Positions 1 through 8,954 of a DNA stretch of 64,000 nt are shown piece by piece. The notes beneath the pieces are model-generated. The model ran no database searches, was not told the DNA's origin, and saw only the letters and a list, made by a program, of their open reading frames with translations. The DNA is from an uncultured Alphaproteobacteria bacterium. Its GTDB lineage: Bacteria; Pseudomonadota; Alphaproteobacteria; HIMB59; GCA-002718135. Each line of letters opens with the position of its first letter. The first letter of the stretch is position 1. The translations under genes and the position numbers were made by a program. The stretch covers positions 3,652 to 67,651 of the forward strand of contig CACKTS010000002.1 of assembly GCA_902603095.1 (NCBI GenBank), written 5' to 3'.

Positions 1-303
1 ATTGAATCACAAGATTGGTTTTGTGGTAAACAATCAACTGAAGAATTAAAAAAATTAATTAATAACCAAAAAGTTGAATGTAGAATCAATGATATTGATA
101 TTTACAACAGATATGTTGCTATTTGTTCTGTTAATAAGATTAATATTAATCAATGGATGGTAAAGAATGGTTGGGCTATTGCTTACAGATATTATTCAAC
201 GGATTATATTCTTGAAGAAAAGCATGCTCGCGATAATAAATTGGGAATATGGAAAAGTGAATTCTTAAAACCTTACCAGTATCGTAAAAACAACAAAAAA
301 TAA
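1..303 (+). CDS. thermonuclease (staphylococcal nuclease/SNase-like) family protein, C-terminal part; 5' end outside window
   Basis: Frame 1 is open from nt 1 to TAA 301-303. It is absent from the ORF track because no start lies in the window. My translation ...YVAICSVNKININQWMVKNGWAIAYRYYSTDYILEEKHARDNKLGIWKSEF... fits the SNase C-terminal pattern (G-W-A..Y......E..AR....G-I-W). Confidence 0.6.
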   Translation: MESQDWFCGKQSTEELKKLINNQKVECRINDIDIYNRYVAICSVNKININQWMVKNGWAIAYRYYSTDYILEEKHARDNKLGIWKSEFLKPYQYRKNNKK

Positions 304-394
304 GATAAAAGATACTATTATTATTATTAATTTCTAACAATATACGAATCTTAACAATAATTATATGAACAACATTTCATCTTAGGAGAATTAT

Positions 395-760
395 ATGAAT
401 TTAAGAACAATATTTAAGGCTCAAGCAATCGTGTTGCTAATAAATGCAATAGGAGGACTTTTTCTTACTAGTGCTTTTTTAGGTGCTGCAGGTTGGGAAA
501 TTACTGCTGATCTTGTTACTCTAGGTCAGTTTACTGGAATGACTTTTTTAGTATTTGCAATTTGGGCATGGAGATTACCAGATGTTGCAAGTGACTCAAT
601 AAAATCAATTGGTATGCTTTTTGCAATTGGAGGACTTTTGTTCACTATTATAATTGCATACCATATTATGATTGGAGCAGTTGCAGGAGCTACAGCATAT
701 GTAAATATTATTTTAACTGCTATATTTGCTTTAGCTTTTTATTTCTATAGCAGAGATTAG
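395..760 (+). CDS. hypothetical small integral membrane protein (about 4 TM helices)
   Basis: ORF track, 121 aa. The ATG is preceded by AGGAG (taggagaattatATG). The sequence is strongly hydrophobic and periodic. A strong hairpin terminator follows. No family recognised. Confidence 0.6.
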   Translation: MNLRTIFKAQAIVLLINAIGGLFLTSAFLGAAGWEITADLVTLGQFTGMTFLVFAIWAWRLPDVASDSIKSIGMLFAIGGLLFTIIIAYHIMIGAVAGATAYVNIILTAIFALAFYFYSRD

Positions 761-771
761 ATTTTAAAAAT

Positions 772-810
772 ATATAAACGCTTTTATTAAAGCGTTTATA
801 TTAGATTTTT
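772..810 (+). terminator. rho-independent terminator candidate downstream of the 395-760 gene
   Basis: Perfect 13-bp inverted repeat 772-784/789-801 (atataaacgcttt / aaagcgtttatat) with a 4-nt loop, followed by a T5 run at 806-810. Confidence 0.55.
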
Positions 811-836
811 CTCAAATTTAGTAATATTAGCATTAT

Positions 837-950
837 ATGCAAAATATTCTTAAATATATTTTTCCTTCCGGTTCTTGGTCTATTAAAAGAATAATTATTT
901 TATTTTTAATATTTGGAATTTTAGATCTTCTTTTTCTATATTTAAGATAA
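837..950 (+). CDS. candidate 37-aa upstream ORF (hydrophobic peptide MQNILKYIFPSGSWSIKRIIILFLIFGILDLLFLYLR) ending directly at the ABC-F start
   Basis: Hand translation: ATG 837, TAA 948-950, immediately followed by the ATG 951 of the ABC-F gene (agaTAAATG). No Shine-Dalgarno seen. An open frame of this length can arise by chance. Confidence 0.2.
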   Translation: MQNILKYIFPSGSWSIKRIIILFLIFGILDLLFLYLR

Positions 951-2771
951 ATGCCCAGTGATTTAATATTTTCATTAAGAGACGTTGATGTAAGGTATGG
1001 TAAAAAAGAAATTTTTAATAATTTAAATTTAAATATTCACAGAAATGATTTGATAGCCTTAGTTGGTAAAAATGGTGTTGGCAAAACAACATTAATGAAA
1101 ATAATTATGGGTAATCAAGAATTAGATAATGGTGAATTATGGAGTTATCCAAATTTGAAAATATCTTATTTTACTCAAAATTTTGAAATTGATTTTTCTA
1201 AAACTGTTGAGGAAGAAATTATGAAAGTTATTTTTAAAGAGGATGAAAAATACAAAATTGACATTTATTGTGAAAACCTAAATCTTAATAAAAAGGATAA
1301 AATTGAAAATTTATCTGGAGGACAAAAAAGAAGAATCGCTCTTTCTAAAAGCCTGATACCTGATTCTGATATAGTTTTACTTGATGAGCCTACAAACCAT
1401 TTAGATTTAGAATGTATTCAATGGTTAGAAAATCACTTGAAGGAGCTTAATAAAGTGATGATTTGTGTTAGTCATGATAGGACATTTTTAAGTAATTTTA
1501 CAAATAAAGTTTTTTGGTTGGATAGAGGTGACTTAAAAGTTAGTCCTAAAGGTTTTAAAAATTTTGACTCATGGTCGAAAGAACTATTGAATCAGGAGTA
1601 TAGAGAGTTAAAAAATAGAAAACAATTTGTTAATTTAGAAGTTGAGTGGGCTCATAAAGGTGTTAAGGCAAGAGTGAAGCGAAATATTAAAAGGCTGGAG
1701 AGAGCAAAGCAATTAAAAGAACAATTAGAAAAAGATGAATCATCTTATAGATTAGCAATAAAATCTATGAAACCTATTATTTTTAAACCTTCTTCTGATA
1801 ATTCTCGTTTTATAGCTGAATTTTCTAAAGCATCTATCAAATATGATAATTCTTCAAAAAAAATACTTAGAGACTTATCATTAAAAATAACAAAGAACGA
1901 CCGTATAGGGCTCCTGGGAAAAAACGGAACAGGCAAATCAACATTTCTAAAAACTTTAATTGGTGAATTAAATGCATCAAGCGGTAGTATTAAACTTAAA
2001 AAAAATTTAGACTTTTCTTATTTTGATCAATTAAGAAACGATTTAAAATCAAACAAATCTTTAAAAGAAATATTAGTTCCTAGTGGAGGAGATTATCTAT
2101 TAGTTCAAGGAAAAGAAAGGCATGTTTGCAGTTATTTAAAAGATTTTCAATTTGATCCAAAAAGAGTTAATGATACAATTTTATCTTTGTCAGGAGGTCA
2201 ACAAAACAGATTACTACTTTCTAAAGTATTGGCTAATCCAAAAACTGGATTAATTTTAGATGAACCCACAAATGATCTTGATTTGGAGACAATGGATTTA
2301 CTTACTGAAATGTTATCTAATTTTAAAGGCACCTTATTAATAGTCTCGCATGATAGAGACTTTTTAGATCAAACAGTAAATAAAATATTATATTTTGAAG
2401 GAGATGGTAAAGTTTCAATGTTTTTTGGAGGTTATACTGATTTTTTAAATCACAAATCAACAAAAGAAGAAATTAAAAGTCAAAAAAAGAAAATACTTAA
2501 TTTGAAAAAACAAAAAAATAATGAAAAACTTTCTTTTAAATTTAAATATGAATTAGATAATATTCCAAATGAAGCTGAAAAATTGAAAGAAGAAATTTTA
2601 ATCATCAAAAATGAATTGAAAGATAGCAATCTTTACATTAGCAATCCAGATAGATTTGAAGAAATAACTAAAAAATTAGAAATACTGGAGAAAAATTTAG
2701 ATATAAAAGAATCAAGATGGTTAGAGTTAATGGAAATGGAAGAAAGTATAAAAAAAATTAATGAGCAATAA
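951..2771 (+). CDS. uup: ABC-F family ATPase (two ABC cassettes plus a C-terminal coiled coil; Uup-like, no membrane domain)
   Basis: 606 aa. Walker A GKNGVGKT and GKNGTGKS. Signatures LSGGQKRR and LSGGQQNR. Walker B LLDEPTNHLD and ILDEPTNDLD. K/E-rich coiled-coil tail. Confidence 0.85.
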   Translation: MPSDLIFSLRDVDVRYGKKEIFNNLNLNIHRNDLIALVGKNGVGKTTLMKIIMGNQELDNGELWSYPNLKISYFTQNFEIDFSKTVEEEIMKVIFKEDEKYKIDIYCENLNLNKKDKIENLSGGQKRRIALSKSLIPDSDIVLLDEPTNHLDLECIQWLENHLKELNKVMICVSHDRTFLSNFTNKVFWLDRGDLKVSPKGFKNFDSWSKELLNQEYRELKNRKQFVNLEVEWAHKGVKARVKRNIKRLERAKQLKEQLEKDESSYRLAIKSMKPIIFKPSSDNSRFIAEFSKASIKYDNSSKKILRDLSLKITKNDRIGLLGKNGTGKSTFLKTLIGELNASSGSIKLKKNLDFSYFDQLRNDLKSNKSLKEILVPSGGDYLLVQGKERHVCSYLKDFQFDPKRVNDTILSLSGGQQNRLLLSKVLANPKTGLILDEPTNDLDLETMDLLTEMLSNFKGTLLIVSHDRDFLDQTVNKILYFEGDGKVSMFFGGYTDFLNHKSTKEEIKSQKKKILNLKKQKNNEKLSFKFKYELDNIPNEAEKLKEEILIIKNELKDSNLYISNPDRFEEITKKLEILEKNLDIKESRWLELMEMEESIKKINEQ

Positions 2772-2931
2772 AAAAATAAACTTAATTGGCTGGATACTAT
2801 TTATAATTTCTGCAATTGGTTTTATAATTTCAAGTATTGGAAGTTTTTGGGGCATGTTTGGGAGTATATTTTTCTTTATAGCATGCTTAATATTTTTAAT
2901 TCCTTTTTTTAGAAATAATAAAAAAGACTAA
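2761..2931 (+). CDS. hypothetical 56-aa two-TM membrane peptide (below the ORF-track size cut-off)
   Basis: Hand translation MSNKKINLIGWILFIISAIGFIISSIGSFWGMFGSIFFFIACLIFLIPFFRNNKKD. The ATG overlaps the uup stop (ATGAGCAATAA). Its TAA (2929-2931) overlaps the stop of the convergent aldolase gene. Confidence 0.35.
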   Translation: MSNKKINLIGWILFIISAIGFIISSIGSFWGMFGSIFFFIACLIFLIPFFRNNKKD

Positions 2932-3716
2932 TAAGTACTATTTTTATTTGATTTCTTATTTTTATCTTTCATTTCATCTATTACAGATTGCGCATGAGTT
3001 GATAAAAATCTAAAATCTGATGAAATAGTAACTAATTTAAAACCTAAATCTATCATCTCTTTAGCGTATTTAGTAGTTCCATTATGAATACCAGCAATTT
3101 TACCGTATTCATTTGTTTTTTTTGCAATTAACTTTATTTTTGAAAAAACAGGATCTTCTTTAACATCAAATTTAGGGGAAAGACCATAAGAGGAACTCAT
3201 ATCAGCTGGTCCAATGTACACTCCTGTTAAATTAGGTACAGATAGTATATCATCTAAATTATTAACTGCTTGTTCAGTTTCTATCATTGCAAAGCTTAGA
3301 ATATTATTATTTGCATTGGAGAAATAATCTGATCCATGAATTAGTTGAGCACGCATTGGCCCAAAACTTCTTTGTCCGATGGGAGGGTAATAACAATAAG
3401 AAACAAAATTTTCACAGTCTTTTTTTGAATTGATCATTGGGGCTATAATTCCCATAACTCCTAAATCAAGCATTCTCATAATAATACCAGGTTCAGACCA
3501 AGGAACTCTAACCATTGCTGTTGATTGACTTGAAGATAAACTTTGTAACATAGAAATACTTGTAGAGTAGTCTGTTTGCCCATGTTGCATATCTATAGTA
3601 ATGGAATCCCAGCCCATCTTACCAAAAGCTTCAGCAGTAAAAGAATTAGGTATAGACAACCATGCATTAATAACTGGTTTCTTCTCTTCCCATAGTTTAA
3701 TCAGTTGATTATTCAC
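2928..3716 (-). CDS. HpcH/HpaI family aldolase (2-keto-3-deoxy-acid aldolase type)
   Basis: 262 aa. GTG start. Family-typical segments ...WDSITIDMQHG..., ...AMVRVPW..., ...MIETEQAVNNLDDIL...GVYIGPADMS... Confidence 0.8.
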   Translation of the reverse strand: MNNQLIKLWEEKKPVINAWLSIPNSFTAEAFGKMGWDSITIDMQHGQTDYSTSISMLQSLSSSQSTAMVRVPWSEPGIIMRMLDLGVMGIIAPMINSKKDCENFVSYCYYPPIGQRSFGPMRAQLIHGSDYFSNANNNILSFAMIETEQAVNNLDDILSVPNLTGVYIGPADMSSSYGLSPKFDVKEDPVFSKIKLIAKKTNEYGKIAGIHNGTTKYAKEMIDLGFKLVTISSDFRFLSTHAQSVIDEMKDKNKKSNKNSTY

Positions 3717-3771
3717 AGATTTATAAATTATACTAAAAGATAAAAAATTATATAGTAATTTTAATAAAAAA

Positions 3772-4752
3772 ATGAATTTAAGAAAATTTGGAAAGATTGG
3801 TTGGAACGTAAGCGAGATAGGTCTTGGATGTTGGGCTATTGGTTCAGAGTGGGGCGATGTTTCTAGTGAAGATGCAAAAGAAGTGCTTAAAACATCTTTA
3901 GATCATGGTGTTAATTTTTTTGATACTGCTGATGTATATGGTGATGGAAGAAGTGAAAAATTTGTAGGACAATTATTAAATTCTACTAGTGAAAGAATAT
4001 ATGTAGCAACAAAATCAGGAAGAAGATTAAATCCACACACCGCAGAAGGATATAACTTAAAAAATATAGAAGATTTTATTGATAGATCTCTTATAAATAT
4101 AGGTGTTGATTGTATTGATCTCTTACAATTACATTGTCCACCATCTGAGATATGTTCCAAAAAAGAAACATATGATATGATGGATGAAATTGTAAAAAAA
4201 GGCAAGATAGCAAATTATGGTGTTAGTGTGGAGAAAGTATCTGAGGCAATGGAAGCTATCAAATACCCAAATGTTAAGAGTATTCAAATCATTTTTAATA
4301 TATTCAGACAAAAACCTTTAGAAGTTTTTTTTGCAGAAGCAGCAAAAAATAATGTTGCAATTATAGCAAGAGTACCGCTTGCTAGTGGTTTACTTACAGG
4401 AAAAATGCATAAATACTCTTCTTTTCCTAAAAATGATCATCGCAATTATAATATTAACGGAGATGCTTTTGATATTGGTGAAACTTTCTCAGGTGTTAAT
4501 TATGAAAGAGGTCTCGAAGTTGTTGAGATATTGAAGGAAATAGTTCCTGATGATTTTACTTTATCAGACCTTGCTTTAAAATGGATATTAATGCACGAAG
4601 AAGTTAGTGTAGTTATACCTGGTGCTAAAAATTCTGAACAGGTGATAAAAAACACATTATCTTCATCATTACCAAATATTAATGATTTAATGGAGAAAAT
4701 TGAAGGGATATATAACTCTTATCTAAAAAATAATATTCATTCACGCTGGTAA
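3772..4752 (+). CDS. aldo/keto reductase family oxidoreductase
   Basis: 326 aa. GLGCWAIG..., FFDTADVYGDGRSE (catalytic Tyr context), ...LQLHCP..., C-terminal VVIPGAKN. Confidence 0.85.
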   Translation: MNLRKFGKIGWNVSEIGLGCWAIGSEWGDVSSEDAKEVLKTSLDHGVNFFDTADVYGDGRSEKFVGQLLNSTSERIYVATKSGRRLNPHTAEGYNLKNIEDFIDRSLINIGVDCIDLLQLHCPPSEICSKKETYDMMDEIVKKGKIANYGVSVEKVSEAMEAIKYPNVKSIQIIFNIFRQKPLEVFFAEAAKNNVAIIARVPLASGLLTGKMHKYSSFPKNDHRNYNINGDAFDIGETFSGVNYERGLEVVEILKEIVPDDFTLSDLALKWILMHEEVSVVIPGAKNSEQVIKNTLSSSLPNINDLMEKIEGIYNSYLKNNIHSRW

Positions 4753-4785
4753 TTTAATAATTTTTAATATGATAGTATAATTTTC

Positions 4786-5853
4786 TTAAGGTGTAAGTTT
4801 ATATAAAGATGTTTTTGGCTCATCAGCAATTAAAAAAACTTCACCGGCTTCATTAATTTCTATATCTCGTATTCTTCCAATTTCATTTTTAAAGATAATT
4901 TTTTCTTTTCCAAAACCCTCATTTATTCTTGGTAGAATTGATAAGTATTGAAATTTAAGAGAGCCAATAAGTAAAGAATTTTTCCATTCAGGGAAAGCAT
5001 CCCCTGTGTAAAATTTTATACCACCTATGCCAATTGAAGGAACCCATATGTGATCCGGTTTTATTAAACCAGGTTCCCATGCATTTCCTTCTCCAACTTT
5101 TGTACCAGAATAGTTTTTTCCACCCCAAGCAACACGCTTCCAACCATAATTAGTTCCTTTTTTTACCTTCCCAATAAAGTCGCCTCCTTTAGGACCATGA
5201 TTTGAAATAAAAATTTCATTAGTTAAAGGATCTAAATCCATACCTTGTGGATTTCTCACTCCAATTTGGTAATTAGCTGGCAACCAATTATTGTTATTTA
5301 TATATGGGTTGTCATCAGGAATTGTTCCATCTTTTTTAATCCTTATTATGCTACCAATTGCATTAGTTGGATCTTGTGCGATCATTCCTTTGCCTCTTTC
5401 TCCAATACTAACAAATAAATTATCTCCTTTAATTTCTAATCTAGAACCAAAATGTCTACCATTTGTAATATATGGCAATGCCTCAAATATTAATTTTGAA
5501 TTAATTAGTTTATTATTTTTTAAACGAGCTTTGTATACAGCCGTAGTGTATCCAAAATTTTTTTTTATAGAACATGTTATCCAAATATTATCTCCTTCAC
5601 TAATTATATCTAATAATCCTCCTTGTTCTCTACCCTGAACTGGAATGCTATGTTCTATATTTGTGAAAACATTATTTACTGTATCAAAAAGTATTATTTG
5701 ATAAGATTTTTTTTCTGTAATTAGTAGTTTATCAGAATTAATCCAAGTCATTCCCCAAGGATAATTTAAATTTATATTGTATTTTGTTAACTTAAGAGCC
5801 TTGGCTTCAGTTGATATAATAAAGATAATAAAGATAAAATAAAATTTTTTCAT
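4786..5853 (-). CDS. PQQ-dependent sugar (glucose/sorbosone) dehydrogenase family protein, secreted
   Basis: 355 aa. N-terminal signal-like segment MKKFYFIFIIFIISTEAKA. Beta-propeller motifs ...GVRNPQGMDLDPLT...HGPKGGD...GTNYGW... Confidence 0.8.
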   Translation of the reverse strand: MKKFYFIFIIFIISTEAKALKLTKYNINLNYPWGMTWINSDKLLITEKKSYQIILFDTVNNVFTNIEHSIPVQGREQGGLLDIISEGDNIWITCSIKKNFGYTTAVYKARLKNNKLINSKLIFEALPYITNGRHFGSRLEIKGDNLFVSIGERGKGMIAQDPTNAIGSIIRIKKDGTIPDDNPYINNNNWLPANYQIGVRNPQGMDLDPLTNEIFISNHGPKGGDFIGKVKKGTNYGWKRVAWGGKNYSGTKVGEGNAWEPGLIKPDHIWVPSIGIGGIKFYTGDAFPEWKNSLLIGSLKFQYLSILPRINEGFGKEKIIFKNEIGRIRDIEINEAGEVFLIADEPKTSLYKLTP

Positions 5854-5907
5854 AGATTGAGTTATATTAATTTATAAGCTACCATAATCAAATAATTGAA
5901 AAAAAAA

Positions 5908-6714
5908 ATGAAAGAATTAAAAATATCACAAATTCAATTTGAAGCTAAATCAACTCCTATAAAAAATGCTAAATTATTAGAAAAATATTTTAAAAAAACT
6001 AAAATATTTGGACCTAATTTAATTTGTACTCCGGAGTGCTCAAATATAATAACTAATGATAAAAATTATCTAATAAAAAATTCAACATATGAATCTAATT
6101 GTCCAATAATAAGGATGGCAAAATTATATGCTGTAGAAAATATTGTAAACATTAATATAGGTTCACTTCTTCTAAGAGAAAAAAATAAAAAGAAATTAGT
6201 AAACAGATCAATTTTTATAAATACAAAAGGTAAAATTATAAAAAGATATGATAAAATTAACATGTTTGATGTAAATATAAGTAAAAAAGAAACTCATAGA
6301 GAGTCACATACTTTTAAGGCTGGAAAAAAAATTGAATTTTTAAAATTAAATAAAGTAAAAATAGGCTTTACTATTTGTTACGATTTAAGATTTCCGAATT
6401 TATTTAGAAAATTAGCAAAAAAGGGGTCTGAAATTATTTTAATGCCAGCAGCTTTTACTGTTCCTTCTGGAAAGGCACATTGGGAAATTTTATTGAGATC
6501 TAGAGCTATAGAAAATGGCCTTTTTGTTGTTGCAACTAATATGTGTGGGACACACCATGGTAATAGAAAAACTTACGGTCACTCTATGCTAATTAATCCT
6601 TGGGGAGATATAATATCTAAAGCTAAATCACACCCATTAATATTAAATACATCAATTGATTTGAGAGAAATTAAAAATATTAGAAATAAAATTCCATCAA
6701 TATTGAATGCCTAA
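5908..6714 (+). CDS. carbon-nitrogen hydrolase (Nit/nitrilase superfamily amidase)
   Basis: E-K-C triad contexts CTPE, RYDKINMF and GFTICYDLRFP. The track starts at TTG 5896; ATG 5908 (MKELKISQIQ...) looks the more likely start. Confidence 0.8.
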   Translation: MKELKISQIQFEAKSTPIKNAKLLEKYFKKTKIFGPNLICTPECSNIITNDKNYLIKNSTYESNCPIIRMAKLYAVENIVNINIGSLLLREKNKKKLVNRSIFINTKGKIIKRYDKINMFDVNISKKETHRESHTFKAGKKIEFLKLNKVKIGFTICYDLRFPNLFRKLAKKGSEIILMPAAFTVPSGKAHWEILLRSRAIENGLFVVATNMCGTHHGNRKTYGHSMLINPWGDIISKAKSHPLILNTSIDLREIKNIRNKIPSILNA

Positions 6715-7327
6715 AACTAAATCTTTATTAGATGGAATTGGTAATCAAAAAGAAACTGAGAGATATTATGATGATTGGGCAACAAATTATGATGAAACAC
6801 TCAAAAATTGGAACTATAACGCACCAAAAAAAGCAGTAGATATTTTATTTAATTTAAAAAAGAACATAATATTTAATTTAGACTTAGCTTGTGGTACAGG
6901 ATTGTTTGGTGAAGAGCTAATAAAAAAAAATAATAAGATAATTATTGATGGTTGTGACATTTCTTCACAGAGTCTTAAAATCACAAACAAAAAAAATTTA
7001 TATAGAAATTTATTTAAACAAAGTTTTGAAAAAAAAATTAAATTAAATCATAAATATGACTCAGTAAGTATGATCGGCTCAATGACTTATTGTAAAAAAC
7101 CTAATTTATTATTTCCAATTATTTTTAATTATCTAAAAAAAAATGGTATTTTTATTTTTACACACAGAGTTGATTTATGGATTAAACAAGATTTTGATTC
7201 ATTAATCCATAGTTATAATAAATTATTTAAATTTAATTATAAATCAAGACCATTGAATTATTTGCCAGAAAATATCGATTTTTCTAATAAAGTTAAAATT
7301 AGAATTGTGGGATTAAAAAAAATTTAA
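6707..7327 (+). CDS. class I SAM-dependent methyltransferase
   Basis: 206 aa. Motif I DLACGTGLFGEEL. The start overlaps the nit stop by 8 nt. Confidence 0.7.
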   Translation: MPKTKSLLDGIGNQKETERYYDDWATNYDETLKNWNYNAPKKAVDILFNLKKNIIFNLDLACGTGLFGEELIKKNNKIIIDGCDISSQSLKITNKKNLYRNLFKQSFEKKIKLNHKYDSVSMIGSMTYCKKPNLLFPIIFNYLKKNGIFIFTHRVDLWIKQDFDSLIHSYNKLFKFNYKSRPLNYLPENIDFSNKVKIRIVGLKKI

Positions 7328-7713
7328 TTTTTTTTATTAAATTTTTCCATTTTTTTTAATGTTTTATCGCTTACATGATGCTCAATTCCTTCCGCATCGG
7401 CTTCAGCAGTTTTTGAATCTAATCCAAGTTTTTTTAAAAATGTTAATACTATAATATGTTTTTTTTTAGATATACTAGCTAGTTCTTGCCCTTTTAAAGT
7501 TAGAAAAATTGATCGGTAAGGTTCTTTTTTAATATATCCCTGATATTGAAGTCTTCTTATAGTTTTATTTGCAGTAGCTTGGGCAATACCCAAGTGATTA
7601 GCAATGTCTACTATTCTTGCCTCACCTTTTGAGTTTAATAAATCAGCTATTATTTCTAAATAGTCTTCAGTATTCTCAGTTTTATGTGCATCTCTTACTT
7701 TTTTAAAGGACAT
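7324..7713 (-). CDS. mntR: DtxR/MntR-family metal-dependent transcriptional repressor (MntR-like)
   Basis: 129 aa. Winged HTH ARIVDIANHLGIAQATANKTIRRL followed by ...HIIVLTFLKKLGL...AEADAEGIEHHVS, typical of MntR. Divergent from a putative Mn transporter. Confidence 0.8.
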   Translation of the reverse strand: MSFKKVRDAHKTENTEDYLEIIADLLNSKGEARIVDIANHLGIAQATANKTIRRLQYQGYIKKEPYRSIFLTLKGQELASISKKKHIIVLTFLKKLGLDSKTAEADAEGIEHHVSDKTLKKMEKFNKKN

Positions 7714-7736
7714 TTGATTAAATATTTAAAATATAT

Positions 7737-7765
7737 CCATAGCATTATAATGTAGCCATAGCTAT
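7737..7765. promoter_or_regulatory. candidate MntR operator overlapping a TATAAT -10 box in the mntR / transporter divergent spacer
   Basis: CCATAGC (7737-7743) and CCATAGC (7756-7762) flank TATAAT (7746-7751). The second copy is part of the 8-bp palindrome ATAGCTAT (7758-7765). CATAGC resembles the half-site I recall for enterobacterial MntR boxes. Confidence 0.3.
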
Positions 7766-7790
7766 ACTTTTTAGTTATAAACATACCTAA

Positions 7791-8954
7791 ATGAATACAT
7801 TAATTTCAGCAATCAAAGATAAGCAAAAAATAATGTTGGCTAATGAGGGACGATTATTGAAAAAATCATTTTTTGGTTTGTTAATACTTTCTCTGGCTTT
7901 CCAAACTGGAAATTTTGGTAATATTGTTCGTCAATCAATGGTTGATGCGTATCTTGCTGTATCAGTTTTTGTAGGTTTTACATTAATTGTTTTTATAGGA
8001 TTAGATTCCTTAACAAAGTTTGATATAAATTTATTCTTAGAAAAAACCAAAAAATTGCATGTTCCCATTGCATCTTTTCTTGGTGCTATTCCTGGTTGTG
8101 GAGGTGCTATAATTGTAGTAACTCAATATATACAAGGCAGAATATCATTTGGTTCTTTAGTTGCTGTCTTAACTGCAACAATGGGAGATGCTGCTTTTTT
8201 AATTCTTGCTATGGAACCATCAACAGGAGTATTAATTTTTGTTTTAGGTATCTTTGTTGGAACAGTTTCCGGTTATATCGTTGATATTTTTCATGGTAAT
8301 AATTTTATGTTAGCTAATTCAAACATTGAATTAGAATTTCAAAAATTAAAAAAAACTTTTGTTTCTAAATTTAATGTTTTCTGGCTTATTTTATTTTTTC
8401 CCGGTTTTATCATTGGTATACTTCTTGCATTTCAAATAGATGTTAATAATTACCTTCAATTACCATCTAATATTAATATCGTTGTATTATTAGGATCTGC
8501 TGGAGCGATCTTATCTATTTTTATGTGGTCTCTTAATCCTTTAAGTGATTTTCAATGCTCTACAGATAAAAGTAGAGGATTTCTTTCAAGAGTAATTGAT
8601 ACTACGAACTTTGTTTCAACATGGGTTATTAGTGGTTTTCTAGTTTTTGAAATTTTTATGTATTTTACAAGTATTGATTTAAAGTTATTTTTTGATTTAT
8701 GGTTACCTTTCGTGCCTTTAGTAGCTATTGTATTTGGATTTTTACCAGGATGTGGACCTCAAATTGTCGTAGCTACTTTATATTTGAATGGTTACATTCC
8801 ATTATCAGCAGAGCTAGGTAATGCTATATCTAATGATGGTGATGCATTATTTCCTGCCATAGCTCTTGCTCCAAAAGCAGCAATCTTAGCAACAATTTAT
8901 AGTGCATTTCCAGCTATAATAGTAGCTTACAGTTATATGATTTTCTTTGAATAA
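7791..8954 (+). CDS. putative manganese transporter (MntX-like/ArsP_2-type polytopic membrane protein)
   Basis: 387 aa. Two homologous halves, each with a ...PGCG(G/P)..IVV... motif and a ...GDA(A/L)F... motif. Divergently paired with mntR. Confidence 0.6.
   Translation: MNTLISAIKDKQKIMLANEGRLLKKSFFGLLILSLAFQTGNFGNIVRQSMVDAYLAVSVFVGFTLIVFIGLDSLTKFDINLFLEKTKKLHVPIASFLGAIPGCGGAIIVVTQYIQGRISFGSLVAVLTATMGDAAFLILAMEPSTGVLIFVLGIFVGTVSGYIVDIFHGNNFMLANSNIELEFQKLKKTFVSKFNVFWLILFFPGFIIGILLAFQIDVNNYLQLPSNINIVVLLGSAGAILSIFMWSLNPLSDFQCSTDKSRGFLSRVIDTTNFVSTWVISGFLVFEIFMYFTSIDLKLFFDLWLPFVPLVAIVFGFLPGCGPQIVVATLYLNGYIPLSAELGNAISNDGDALFPAIALAPKAAILATIYSAFPAIIVAYSYMIFFE

Noticed and set aside
842-1010. Long open frame on the minus strand across the uup upstream region (...SLNENIKSLGIYLKYRKRRSKIPNIKNKIIILLIDQEPEGKIYLRIFCI*).
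   Set aside because: There is no usable start codon and no family resemblance. It is partly antisense to the uup 5' end and is absent from the ORF track.
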